Shown: positions 46,896-60,400 of the stretch, one piece after another | Layout of the letters: every line of letters starts with the position of its first letter | Position numbering within the stretch: the first letter of the stretch is position 1 | Source: Phoronis australis | Taxonomy: Eukaryota > Animalia > Phoronida | NCBI GenBank assembly: GCA_002633005.1 | Contig: NMRA01000133.1 | Location: 738,627-802,626, forward strand | Direction: 5' to 3' | DNA length: 64,000 nucleotides | Translations under genes and position numbers: made by a program | The notes under the pieces: model-generated | Databases searched by the model: none | Told to the model about the DNA's origin: nothing | What the model saw: the letters and a program-made list of their open reading frames with translations, nothing else

Positions 46896-48987
46896 GCAGT
46901 AGAAAATGCATACATTCTAGGATGAGATTCTTTGTTGCTTTAATGTCTTAGTGTTTGATAATTGACAATTGGTTGCAATAATTGGGTACTAAATAAAGAA
47001 AATATTTACAATGTTTTGTCCCCTTTTAACTTGTTGAAATTGCTTCTCAAAATATGTCATTGCAACAGCAATATCACTGTGGTAACACAATTGTAATGAT
47101 TAGACCTGTATATAAATGCATATGTTCTTATACATTATTCATATGCACATAAGGAGATTTGTTGAATGCTTTGTACTTTAAAACAATTATGTCAGTCTGC
47201 TGTCAGTAAGTATAAAGAGGCAAGGGCATCAACCCTCAAACAGATCTCATCATGAACCAAGAAGGGAAAACATTTCTCACATTTTGGTTGAGAAATCACT
47301 GGCTTTATTGAAATTACACCTGGGTGCAAGACCAATACAACCCCAGATTTTCATGCCTTCAAAGGTTACCAATAAAAGTTGCGTTTCATCCTGTTTAGTT
47401 GGGTCAAAACCAATGTCGAGTTGGACATGTCTCATTAAACCAGTAACCTAATAGTCTGATAGGATTATATTCTCGTTACCAACAAGAAAATATAAATCAT
47501 CCGAGATTAGAAAACGCTTCTGACTGTGGGCCCACTTTAAAACTGCGAATTCGAAAATGACGCATATTACCATTGGCTATGACTAGTCGACTCATTCGGC
47601 AATAATTTTAACTGGTGAACTGGTAATTTTTTAAACCACAAAACGCTTCCGTCAAGAAATTAAAATTGAGAATACAAAGGGGGCAAAATGCAGCTTTTAA
47701 GTTCCTGTAACCCCAGTAGAGTTCAGTAACGCTAGGGCCTCGCTAAAAAGCACGACTTCGCGAGATTACCTGAGATATTGCTGTATATTTTGAATGAGAA
47801 CAAGTGATTTTGGTCCAAGCTTTACTGAACTCTACCCCGCCTTCCCTCGTAGAAACTGACACTTCGGTCAAAACCCATCGCCCTAGAAATCTCGACTTTT
47901 TGATCCCTTAATTATGGGGTTGAAATGTCTGATAGGAACGTGTTGCCGCGGAAAGTGGCCATGTACCCGCTGCAAAAGCCAGAACTTCGGTAAGTGGCTG
48001 TAGAATTCGGTGAGTTCCAAATTCAGTAAGTGCGTCGTAGTCGGTAACTACGGCGCTGCTGGTACAGACACTGGGTGAATGAACTGTGTAGTGGAAAGTT
48101 GAGCGTCCGCGCTGTATGATTTACGGCCATGAACTTTTTGTGGGGCACCTTTGGTGTCTGGGATCTGATCGTGGATCATACTATTGGCGGTGATGACGGC
48201 CTCCCCAATTTTACTGCACACTTGCGATGAAGTAATTGGATTACTCGGAACGGTGGTATACAGCTTCTTGGCCCAGTGTCTAATCTCTGCACTCTAAACC
48301 CGGGTCCAAAATTATCCAACTACATGGAAAGCTTGGAATAAAATTTCCCAAATTTGTAGACCTACTCTAACCACGCGGCGATTCTGAGAGCAGAGACTAG
48401 ATAGTAAGACCGAAGAATACTCGTAACTTTCCACTTCTATGCGGATCGCCAGACTGATACGTTTCAGGTGTTCCACACTCCTACACGACACCAAAATTTG
48501 TTGAGAAAATAGCGAGGATCTTATATCAAAGTAGTTCGTGGGAAAAGACGAAAACAACGAAAATGCTTAGTCTAACTCATTAATTTCACTTCAAATGTTA
48601 CGTGCTACAAATAGACCTGCGTGAGCGAAAACCGAGAACCGAAACCCGACATATTGAACACACATAGCACAACCAATAAGCAATCCATTTAAAGCGAGGA
48701 AACTCGAAAAGGTAACCCGTTTGTAGTGTTTTGTTCAGCACCTGTTTGCAGGGGGGTTATTTCATACACCTAACCCTTTCGTATACACTCTTGCTCAGAC
48801 GCCTTTTCAGCTAGCTAGTCCTGAAATAGTTCAAGAAGAAACTTATGGCGTGCATCAAAATGAGTACATTTTTGCAACGAAAGTTTTAAACGTAAATGTT
48901 AAAAACGGATAATCGAACTGCCAAAGTTTTAAAGGGTAACAAATCGGAAAATGCACGCTTTCTTAGGGAAATTCATTCACCCATCAC

Positions 48988-49902
48988 AGTGGCGGATCTA
49001 GGATATCACAAGGGGGGGGGCCCAACTTTTTGTCCGGCTGTAAACATTTGCGCAAACTGAACCACGATTGTAGATGCGCATAGCACNNNNNNNNNNNNNN
49101 NNNNNNNNNNNNNNNNNNNNNNNNNNNNNNNNNNNNNNNNNNNNNNNNNNNNNNNNNNNNNNNNNNNNNNNNNNNNNNNNNNNNNNNNNNNNNNNNNNNN
49201 NNNNNNNNNNNNNNNNNNNNNNNNNNNNNNNNNNNNNNNNNNNNNNNNNNNNNNNNNNNNNNNNNNNNNNNNNNNNNNNNNNNNNNNNNNNNNNNNNNNN
49301 NNNNNNNNNNNNNNNNNNNNNNNNNNNNNNNNNNNNNNNNNNNNNNNNNNNNNNNNNNNNNNNNNNNNNNNNNNNNNNNNNNNNNNNNNNNNNNNNNNNN
49401 NNNNNNNNNNNNNNNNNNNNNNNNNNNNNNNNNNNNNNNNNNNNNNNNNNNNNNNNNNNNNNNNNNNNNNNNNNNNNNNNNNNNNNNNNNNNNNNNNNNN
49501 NNNNNNNNNNNNNNNNNNNNNNNNNNNNNNNNNNNNNNNNNNNNNNNNNNNNNNNNNNNNNNNNNNNNNNNNNNNNNNNNNNNNNNNNNNNNNNNNNNNN
49601 NNNNNNNNNNNNNNNNNNNNNNNNNNNNNNNNNNNNNNNNNNNNNNNNNNNNNNNNNNNNNNNNNNNNNNNNNNNNNNNNNNNNNNNNNNNNNNNNNNNN
49701 NNNNNNNNNNNNNNNNNNNNNNNNNNNNNNNNNNNNNNNNNNNNNNNNNNNNNNNNNNNNNNNNNNNNNNNNNNNNNNNNNNNNNNNNNNNNNNNNNNNN
49801 NNNNNNNNNNNNNNNNNNNNNNNNNNNNNNNNNNNNNNNNNNNNNNNNNNNNNNGGGGGGGGGGCCCGGGCCCCCTGGGCCCCCCCCCTAAATCCGCCTA
49901 TG
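48988..49902. mobile_element. GC-rich MITE ends (CAGTGGCGGAT / ATCCGCCTATG family) flanking an assembly gap; a related copy starts at 58271
   Basis: CAGTGGCGGATCTAGG...poly-G at the left and poly-G/poly-C...TAAATCCGCCTATG at the right. Confidence 0.55.
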
Positions 49903-52900
49903 CATCAAAGCGTGTCCTGTATATCGCTTACATGACAGGACAATTGTCACTAGGGTTTGTTCAGTTCCCAATCATGCCACGTTCTTGAGAACGTAGTTAG
50001 AACTACCATTAGCACATACTCGACTACCTCGCTTTTCGCGGGACTTTTTCAATTTTTGAACCGCCTACCGACACCATAGAAATGTCACATTTTTTGACAC
50101 ACGGGAAAATTGACTCCGGTAATATTACATTGTTAACACGTATATGATTTACTACGAGATTCACCCCTTTTTTCCGCTCGATTAAAACAAAAGATCGGTA
50201 CGCTGTAAGTGCGCTTTTGGATGTCGCGACACCCGTATTGTTCGTCTATAAAGTACAAACAAAACAAAAAACGCTGTTGTTGCGTTTTCTGTTTTTTGGG
50301 GGGGAACATTTTACCGTATCGTTTTGGCATAGACCCAGGTTCCCACCCTTATTTCCAGATGTACCGGTTTTTCAACCCACGTGTCCTGTTTTTCAACCAA
50401 GGTGTCCCGGTAACGCTGGCTTCTATGCTGCTGGTGTGACAGGAACCTAAGAACTTGGCCCAAAACAACACGGATTGCTGATAGGATTTATAGCGTTTGA
50501 AGACTTAAGAGCGAAAAATACGGCCACACTCCATGGAGCCTGCAATTTTTGAAAGCTGTGATTTTTTTGCCCAAGACAAAAGGGACCTGGGGCTATATTC
50601 AGCGTGGCAGCTGTAACATGCCGGAGGAAACGTGGAGGTGAGAAACTAATCATAAACTCGAAAATTTCAATAAGATATAAGAATGATACTTTTTAATGAG
50701 AACACTACTTGTGGGTTGCTGGAGTAGCAATACATTCTTAAGCCCGTAAAATGACCCTGGAACTCTTTACTAAACGCCAAGGAATGTATCCCGGGTCGTT
50801 TACACCGATGCTAGGGGTCTACATTAATGCCACAATTTCAAACTGGTGAAAAAAATCCGTCGTCGTAGAAAACATTTCCTTGCACAAAAATAATTAGGGG
50901 GAGCTCTCTGTGTTTTACTTCGTGTAATTATTTCCAACAGAGCCCACTTAAAAATCTGTGTATACACTCAAGTGGTCACCCAGTATTTTAAAGACTGAAG
51001 TTTAAATAAATAAATTCAGCAAAACTGACACTATACTTTAAACCCGCTGGGCTGTCTACGACTTTGATTTTTCACCCCAAAGACGGCGACTTGGAAAGTT
51101 GACAAATGCTCTCCTGGTCGTCTCGCATTTGTCTAGTAAATCATCTGACTTGCAGCACAACGCCGCTTCCTCGGTACTGTCTTTGCCCCTGCCAAATGAG
51201 TCTCCTTATCGAGCCTACTTCTCTTAGCATGTAATAAAATAGATCACCTTTCACGGGTAGAGTGTCATCTTATTTCACTCACTGCCTGTGACATGTTTAA
51301 CTTGTCGCGTATCTGTTGCAAAACGTAAGCCCCAAGGGGATTTCACAATGTTCACATAAAGTGAGATCAGGAAGGCAGTATTGAACCTGTGCTGTCTGTC
51401 AAAAAGCCAACTATTGCCTATGACACTTACCTTTTGAAAAATGTTGATGTTTATTTAGTTTAGAAGTGATTTCTGAGCTTGAGAAGACCTGTCACTTCGC
51501 CATTTCAATTCTTCAGATCAGACTCGTAAATTTTCAGGTCACGTCGTGACCTCACTTCGTCTGAATCGATCACCTTGATCTCGAATGGAGTGTCTGTTCT
51601 TCCTGAACCCTGAAATCCCTTCTCATCATCAGTACGCCAATTCGTCACTACTGGCTGCTTTAAAGTTGGACTTATTCCGTGAAAAACGACCGGGTCTTTC
51701 TCAGCGGGCGGACTCTTATAGGGCCATTTTCACGGGGTCACGGAGGAAGCCACCATGCAATGCATTGCTTATGTTAGCGGATTTATATCAACCTCAGCAC
51801 TATTTAATGTAGCTAACTAACTAGGAATTATTTGGTGTCTTTAAGTACAAGTTTTCCCGGACTTGGTGATTAGTTGTGGACTCGGAACTGGCCATATAGG
51901 AACGTTTAGGACAACGCAAGGGCTGCTCGATGATCAGTGCAGTCTTTAGAGTTTGGTAGTTAGTCAGTTGCACCAATTCAAACGTTACTAGGGACCATGA
52001 ATTTCCCTGGGAACTCGCTAGGTTATCACACCAGTTTACCGGAATGTAGGGGGCAGTTAAGATTTAGCTCTATAACTACAAGAACCCCGTGACTGAGTTC
52101 GGTTTGTCAAGCCAACTGAAACTGAGAGTCATCCGCCCGGAATTCTTGATAGTCAGTTTCCAGCATTCTGACACATAATAAACGCACAGGTCTTGATTTT
52201 AGTTGTCCAGAGCCAACAGGATGAAAGTTGAAATGTGTCGCTCAATTATAAGCCTGGAACTGTTGTAAGTAGGGGACGATAACTCCATACATACCCAGTA
52301 ACCCCGCACTGCCCAGTGACTCAAATTCTCAAATATTTTCATCGCCGCTGTTCTTGTTTACGCACCCTAGTGTCGAACAATTGAACTATTGAGCTTACAA
52401 AACAACTTTTCCGTAAGGAAAATAGACGATATTATATTGACCTTAAATTGAACTCCCACTACATGTTTCATTACACCGAGGCCATCAAGTTAGTCTAAAT
52501 AATTTGTTTAAAACCTGAGACCCAAAACCTGGAGCCCTTTGGAGGACTAATCACGTGACATCAAATGATCGTTATTCATATCCCATAATGCGCTGCCCGT
52601 TGTGTGGCATAGAATATGGCGGACATTTAGGTGAGATTACAAGCATGTTTTTCATCTTATTCTCCCAGGTTTCTTACTTTTCCGAGATTTACTTACTCAT
52701 TTTGTATCATTCGTCACCCAATACAAATACTAGAAAACACCAAATATCACAGAATATAATGTAATAGGAGTAATTATGCGGACGAATATAATACGCCATA
52801 ACTTCGACGGTGCGGAGCACGTGGTACACTCTTGGGAGTTGTTTTGTAGCTGGCGTTGATTTTCCAAATGTTGCACATAGCTGTTGCTTTAAAATGATAT

Positions 52901-55141
52901 TGATTTGTCGCTGTACATGGCCAGTTCATTCATGTGACACTTTAGATGCGTAGACAAGCTTAATTCAGCCAATTTTGCAAAACGAAAATTCGTACTATAA
53001 GAGGTTTGTTTTACATGCACAGTTGTGAAAATTTCTACAAACAAAACATTCTTTAGTGGATCTTAGTTCATGAATTTAGAAGGTGGCTGTATACAATGAC
53101 AGTTTATTCTTTATTAAACCTGTTTAAAATTTATCCTTCATCATGCGTGCACCCAGCCTTCAGATATGGGGGCTTGAATTCCTGACGTTGTAGATATTTT
53201 GCTAACAAACGAACAGGCGGACTAAAAAAATGGGAGCACCACTGTGAAATGCTCTTATTTAGTGGATTTCTGTCCCATTTTCACGGACTTTTTGTCTTTG
53301 AAGGGCAGACCTTTTTGCCCACTTTGCCAAATGGGTGTGTGCATGTTCATGAACTTTAACACTGGTGTTTCTGTTGCTGAGTGCATGGACACTCACCGGC
53401 TGTTATTGAAATTAATTCAGCTAATTGTGAAACAGTATGCGTAAAATTTTATTGGTTAGGGTGACCTCTCGGAGTAGCAATCCACCTTGAAATTCTGACA
53501 ACATACTAGCTGCAGCACATGCACTTGAGAATGGATGCTTGAGAAGTATTTCAATTAATTTCACCACCTTTTGTGTCAGTTGTATTTATTGCCTGCACCA
53601 CATCTGCCAAACTAGTTGATTTGATGAAATTAAGGAAAGTTCTATGTTCTTGATAAGAACTAAATGTTGAGCCATCCAGTCTTTGTTGCTACCAAACCCT
53701 GTGAAAATCTTGGTACGTAGCACATGGGTTTTACGGTACTAACCCTATGAATTTTGGTTTGAACCGGATGAACGCTTTGCTTCCTAGTCATAATTTTTTT
53801 TGGCATTTACAGCTTTGTATTAGTTTAGGTAAGATGTGAGCAGACAAAAGTGTGACCGAAAATTACTGTCACATTTAAATCTACACTCTTCCTATAGAAA
53901 ACTTAAGTGTGCTAAGTATTTGTTGTTCTGTTATCTGCTGCTAAATTTTTGGTAAAAGTCCCATGTTTTGTAGTGAATTTTCACCATCTTTTGTCATTAA
54001 TTTATTATTTAAATTCTCAACTTGTTTTAATTATATTTGTTACACGTATTTAATTATTGTTTTACTACTTTATTGTATTATATTACTTTATCCCATACAT
54101 TTGAAAATACGGATGTTGTATACATACGTCACGTTAACAACTGTGAAATATGGGAAAGTAGAAGCAATCCGTATACCACGGTACAGGCCGTATTCAATGG
54201 TAGACGCCATATTTCATGGTTGGTGTGCAGTCTTCTGATGGAGTAAATTCACTTGTACAATGCCAAATTTGATTGGGCTTAATCATTTAGGTTACCTAAA
54301 ACATTGATGCAAGCTGTCGTTACTGAAAAGCCAGTTTTGCTGCTCTAAAAACATAAACGATTTATGGATGAAAATTCCAACGCATCACGGTGATCAGGTG
54401 GCTATGTTTATGCCTCGCTTGTTTCAGTCTATGTCATCATAAAAAGGTCAAACTAAACAGCATCCCTAGGAACAAAATTAGTCAAAATCTAACTCAAATC
54501 TTACGAAAACATTTTGTTATGGATGCATACAGTATATGTACAATGACTACTAACATATTTACAGGAAATTGTGACCTAAAATGGAGTATGAGTTCTTTAT
54601 TGACACAATTGCCTGCTGGTAGCGTTCCCATGACAGCGTTCTGTTGTTCAGCACCTTTTCCAGATGTTAGGGGTTCTGGCTCCTTTGTTATCTGCCCAGC
54701 ACAATCGTTTGTCCCCTATGACCACAAGCAGGTCAATTATCTCCCAGGCTTCAAAGGGTTACTGAAACCTGGCAGAATGGATTGTCTTAACTTCTGTTGT
54801 AGTTGGGCGATTTTGGTGATTCAAAAACTAAACATGATCAGCATTTAACAAGGAATTCAGAAACGCTATTGGTTTATTTTCAAATACGTTATAACTTAAC
54901 TTTCATTTTTAGCAGCACAGCCCAGTCAGGCTAGATACGATCTGATCGGAGATCAGAGCAGTTATCAAACGAAAGAGAGCCGGCCCTCCAACCATAAATA
55001 ACAGAATAGAGTGAATCAGTAGTGTAAGATATTGGCTACAGGGGTAAACTTCCCAACTTGCTGTTGGGCTATATAATCTAAAAAGTTGGGAGCAACAGCA
55101 AAACGCTGTAAGGCTCAGTCAACTATCGCATCTTTCGCTGT

Positions 55142-56520
55142 GATGGCAACATTTGACCTTCAATTCGACATGGACTTTGATGAATCTTGCCAGGATGAGA
55201 ACAAAAAAGCAGATATGATCCAGCTGTGATAGACGAGGATGTTATGGATTATGTTGTTTCTAAGAAAAATGCAAATACGGAAAAAAACGAGAGTGTTGTG
55301 GCAACATTCCATATATGGAGAGATACCAGAAGCAAAGACATTAGGAATGAAGACATTGTAGAAATGGATCTCGACTCTCTTCTGAGAAGTTTCTAACTCG
55401 AAGTGAAAAAATTAGATGGCAGGGAATAAGAGCCCAACACACTGACCTGAATTCAGAGATCGTTCGATCGACATCTAAAAGAAAAGAGAAAGAAATTCTC
55501 CGTAATTGCTGATACGCAGTTTGGCTCATCGCGCAAAGTCCTCACAGTGAAACTAAAAGAGCTTGTAAAGGAATCGGCCCAAGAAAAGCAGAAGTGCTTA
55601 GCCACATGGAGGAAAATACCCTAAAGGAGGTTGAGATCCTGGGAACCGATCACCCACGTGCCTTCCTAAATTAAATCTGGGTAAACAACACTAACATGTT
55701 TGGCTTTCGGGGTTGCGATAAGAACAGAGTTGAGGGGGGTGACATCGTACTTAAATCGTCTACAGACACCAACGAATACTTGGAGTGAAAGGACAACAAA
55801 AACATGAAAAGACGGAGTCACGTGAGACCGTTCAATCCCAAGATTTTAACCACTCTAGGGGATCTGCAAAACTGCTCATTGAAGCCTACAAAAAATATTA
55901 GCGAAACAGGCCTGCGAAAATGAGTGATGACGCACCATTTTATATTCGTCCCAACTGGAAGGAAGTCTGGTCTTTGGTTTGCCGTGCAAAACTGTATGTC
56001 AACGCCTCATGAAATCAGGAATATCACCAAATAATATCATACATTGTCAACAAACTGGCCATAAGAACCTCCTTTCCTTAAACAACTACTCCAGTGCAGA
56101 TAGACTGTTGTAGAGCAAACGAAAACAAAGATGGCATTAGCTCACAACAAATCAACGGACACAATCTCCTCTACAGCCATACTGACAGCCCGAGCATTAG
56201 CTCACAGCAAATCAACTGACACAATCTCCTCTACAGCCATACTGACAGCCCGAGCATTAGCTCACAGCAAATCAACTGACACAATCTCCTCTACAGCCAT
56301 ACTGACAGCCCGAGCATTAGCTCACAGCAAATCAACTGACACAATCTCCTCTACAGCCACGACAGCCCGGCCAGTTGAAAGTAGATCACATCATACTGAC
56401 CTTACCTCAAGCTTCGCGAGACAGCCACCTAACCATACTCAGTTTCCATCTCTTCCAGTGCTGTGATCAACGGCGGAAATATTTCCATCAGTATTTCCAT
56501 TCCTGACCCCGAAAACTAAA
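55142..56520 (+). pseudogene. Decayed Crypton-type tyrosine-recombinase/DUF3504 (KCTD1/QRICH1/ZMYM-related) transposon ORF; the element probably spans about 54880-56790
   Basis: Stop- and frameshift-riddled translation: KKNANTEK..LDSLLRSF*LEVKKLDGRE*EPNTL..IQRSFDRHLKE..FGSSRKVL..EENTL..LGTDHPRAFLN*IWVNNTNMFGFRG..GDIVLK..EYLE..RPFNPKI..YKKY*RNRP...PFYI, ending in SAVINGGNISISI. Confidence 0.8.
56134..56369 (+). repeat. 60-bp tandem repeat x4 inside the Crypton relic
   Basis: GCATTAGCTCACAGCAAATCAACTGACACAATCTCCTCTACAGCCATACTGACAGCCCGA, near-identical copies. Confidence 0.95.
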
Positions 56521-57434
56521 AAAGTATTGATGAGGACCCACAACTGGACGACACTGCTTAGTTCACAAATGTTTCAAATTCTGTTCCCAGATGGATTGTT
56601 TAGAATTCCGTAAATTTTATGAAATACTTCATTGTTTGAAATTGTATATTTCACAAACTGAAATTTCTGTTCAATATATTCTGAAATAAAACATTACAAA
56701 TTATTCAACATCACTGACTTAATTGTAAAAACCTTGGCGCTTAACCGGCGTTGGTACGCTTAGCATATATATTGCGTCATATAATAACAAGCCAAAGCAC
56801 GTGGCAACAAAATAACGGCGCAATACAGCTGAGTTCATGGATATTTGGGATAAATTGGCATTGGGACATTCCTAGATCTACGGAATTCTCGATAGGATAT
56901 GGGGGTAGTATTCCTTTGTATATGGGATAATCTGTAATTTTGTTGTTGAGGACCCTCTTGGAAAGCATTGCCGTCACTGAAGAGGCCACCCTCAATTTTA
57001 ATATAGCAGTAAATAAAGTAAAGAATGTGACAGTTGAATTGTACTCAAAAAACTGTTTTCAGAAATCTGTGATATGGAAATCATTTCTATTCCAGTGTTC
57101 TCCACAACCCGTTTTGACTTGTCAATGTATCTAGCTTTAATTTTGCCATGCCAAGATTTGCTTTCTTGCATCGAGTTTGAAAACCCATGAAACTAGTAAA
57201 GTTTTGGGAGATGAGGACATTTTGGCCTTTTGGTTCCAGTTCTGTGCATTATTCCAAGACTTAACACACAAACTCCCCACAGTGTGGACATGGGTTTTCA
57301 AACACGTAAATGAATTTTGTAATTTTGGTGAAGTTCGAATTTTCTGGTGTGGAGAGCACAATATTCTTAATTGATGTTTTTGCTTTTTTGCAGTCGACCT
57401 TTCAAATCAAATGATTGGTTACCTGTGACATAGA

Positions 57435-60400
57435 ATGGCAAACCGTGAAGCAAACGGAAAGAGCAGTCGAGCCTTTTCTGAGGTATTGTTTTTAAGACAT
57501 TTAACCTAATTGATTTGAGTATCACGATGGTTTCATTTGTGTTCCACTTATTAGTAGTGTTGTTTGGATAGAGAAGTAAACAGGTGAAAACTTAATTAAA
57601 AGGTCAGTGCCGTGCCAGAAACGAAGATAAAACTCCTTGAAACAAGAATGAAATGAGTATGCGGTGGATATGTGTTGATGGAAATGGTTATTGAACTCCA
57701 ACAGCCAATTTCACAAAGGGGATTTAACAAAACCTAATTTTAGTCCTGACTTGCATTTCACCAACATGGTTTAAGAGTCTGAAAGCCTGGTTTTGCTAGA
57801 CCAGGGAGCTGGTTCAGTAAAACCAGGTTTGAGGTATTAAAGGCACCCCACTGTGCCGAGCAGGGTAAACCCAACAAAGAAACTATTGAAGTGCTTCAAG
57901 GAAACCTTGATCATTTGGGTATACAATGGCACACAGTAGTAGAATCAGTGCAGAGAGTTACGAAAAAGGTCTAAACACTTTTCTCATGAGGAAAAATTTA
58001 ATTTCTGTGCCCAACACACACACACTAAAGAACATGCTCACGATTAGATGTAACATAATAAATGCCCAAATTTAATTCCATATCATTTTAGTGTTTATTT
58101 TTCGCGGCCAAAGGATGGGGCAAGACCCCTTCCCGGCAGCATTAAACCGGACAACAGTGGAGGTGGAACTCCGAATCAGGAGATGCTGTCTTATGTCAAA
58201 TCCGTAGCGCTTACGACGATGACGCCCTGCTCGAATCCGCAGGACACACTCCAGCACGTACTGGTCTACGCATAGGCGGATCCAGGGGTCAAGGGGTCCG
58301 GAGCCACCTTTTTTCCATTGATTTTAGTGATATCAAATCTATAATTTTCAAATTGTTGACTTGGTCCCCCCTTTCAAAAAGTCCTTGACCTAAACTGGAG
58401 TTAAACCAGGTTTTACTAGACCATTGGTCTTAAAGTTAAACCACCCGTTTATGAAATGCAGATTATCTTTAAACCTGGTCTAAGTCCAGTTTAAACCAGG
58501 TTTAACTTTAAACCACCTTTATGAAATTGGCTGCATATGCCTAAAGTTGTGTGGTGTAAAACCCGATTGAAATGCAGGAACATGTAAGCGCATTGATGAC
58601 CCACCATGTTTGTCACACAAAAATTTGTTCCGAACGAACTCATACAAATAGTTTTACAGTGCTTTTGAGGTGCTTGCAATGTAGATCAAGGATACAAGGA
58701 GATCTAGTGAGGATAGGTTCCCATCACTGATATAAAGTATGTATCAGAGTTAAAATAATGAGCTGAATGTAAAACTGGACAATACCAGCAGAAAATTAAA
58801 GAAATAAACTGATATTCATCATGTTTCACAAATACATTATACTTACCATGTGTCAATGATGCATATAATATGTGGGTGACATTGAACTTCAGTTACGGAC
58901 ATGTGGCCTCGTCAATAACCTAGGGCCTGATCACAAGGTCATGAGCAGACACCATACGTGTGGTCACACTGGGTGTTGGTAATTGCTCCCACCATATTTG
59001 GTCTGTAAAAATCTGTTACTCAACTGGAGCACACAGTTTAACCATCGAACATAAATTAGTGTACAATGCAAATCAATTGCTAAAATCTACACTACCCAGT
59101 CATGTGTGAATGAAGCTTGATGTGTTTGTTAGCTGGCATCATCTGCTAATGGTCTCGTAGGCTTCATACGATGGATATACCTCTGTGTGCAGCGGTCCGT
59201 TTGCTTCCTGACGACCAGTTTTGAGGAAGCCGAAGTAACGGTTTCGATGAAGTGTGATAAAAAACATCGTCATTATTGGATTTGTGCTTGTGAGACCATC
59301 ACAACTACGGTGGCTGTGTCCTAACTTCGTTTGTCGGAACTATCCATTTTTGGATGTATTGGTGTTGACACATACATTAATATCCACAAGAACATCATAA
59401 TCATCAGCAACTCAACAAAGTGTTTCAAAGTTTATTGTGGTTAGTGAACCCTGAAGTTGATGATTTCAAAGTGCCACATACAGTCATGTACGCATTGCTT
59501 GTGTCTTGAGTTGCCAGCATTTTCAACAATAATTCAAGATCGAATATCGGCATGGCGATGCTCTTAGATCTCAAAGGGCTTTGGTGATGAATTCACCATT
59601 GACAGCTAAATGGGTGGAATACTGCTTTGATTTATGTAAGCTTTTGTTTTATTTCAAGGGCCTGATGGCAGGAAATTCAAACTCAGCAGCAATTGCTACA
59701 GACAAAACCTTTTGTCAACTTAGTTTCAAAGATAAAGCTCGAGATATGTTTGCCAAGGCTTTAAATGCAAAGGTAAGCTTTGTGCATATATATTATTATT
59801 TAGCCTCAAACCCAGACTCTTTTGGCAGTAGAGTCTGGCGAACATCTCGAAAACGCGGCTAATTTGTATGTGAATTTTACCACTTCAATTTGTCACGTAT
59901 TTGTCCCATTTCCTGCGATGTATCCGAGCCAGATAAATGTAATTGCTTCTCAATTAAATTAATTGCATGCTGCGCCTTTTTTGGATCATCACTACGGGAT
60001 ATGAAAATTGGGTGTACAATTGCACTGTAACTAACACAAGGTACAGACCTCAAGAGGCAGGTTAGTAATTGGCATGGAGATCACATCTGTTATCTTATTC
60101 TGCATTTATCATCAGTATTATTGTGTAAGCTATGGCTTTTAAGGTTGTAAAGACATGGTTTTTATGCACCCACATAATTATATGTGGACACATTATGCTG
60201 TCATCTCCGTCTGTCCGGCGTCCGCGGTTCTAGCTCCAAGACGCCTTGATGTATGTTCATGAATTTTGTACATGTGTTCTTTCTTTGGATGGGAAGGCAT
60301 GAGTGAACTTTTGGACAGATCTGACTACTGGTGTGCCCCCTAGTGACAATTTTAGTTTTTTACATTTACCTCTCTATCTTCAACAGTCCTGAACAATTTT

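Noticed and set aside
47900-48400. GC-richer stretch with a stop-free minus-strand frame
   Set aside because: No recognisable motif or convincing splice sites. Probably repeat-derived and cannot be supported.
56131-56466. 111-aa repetitive ORF as an independent gene
   Set aside because: Produced by a 60-bp tandem repeat inside a decayed Crypton ORF.
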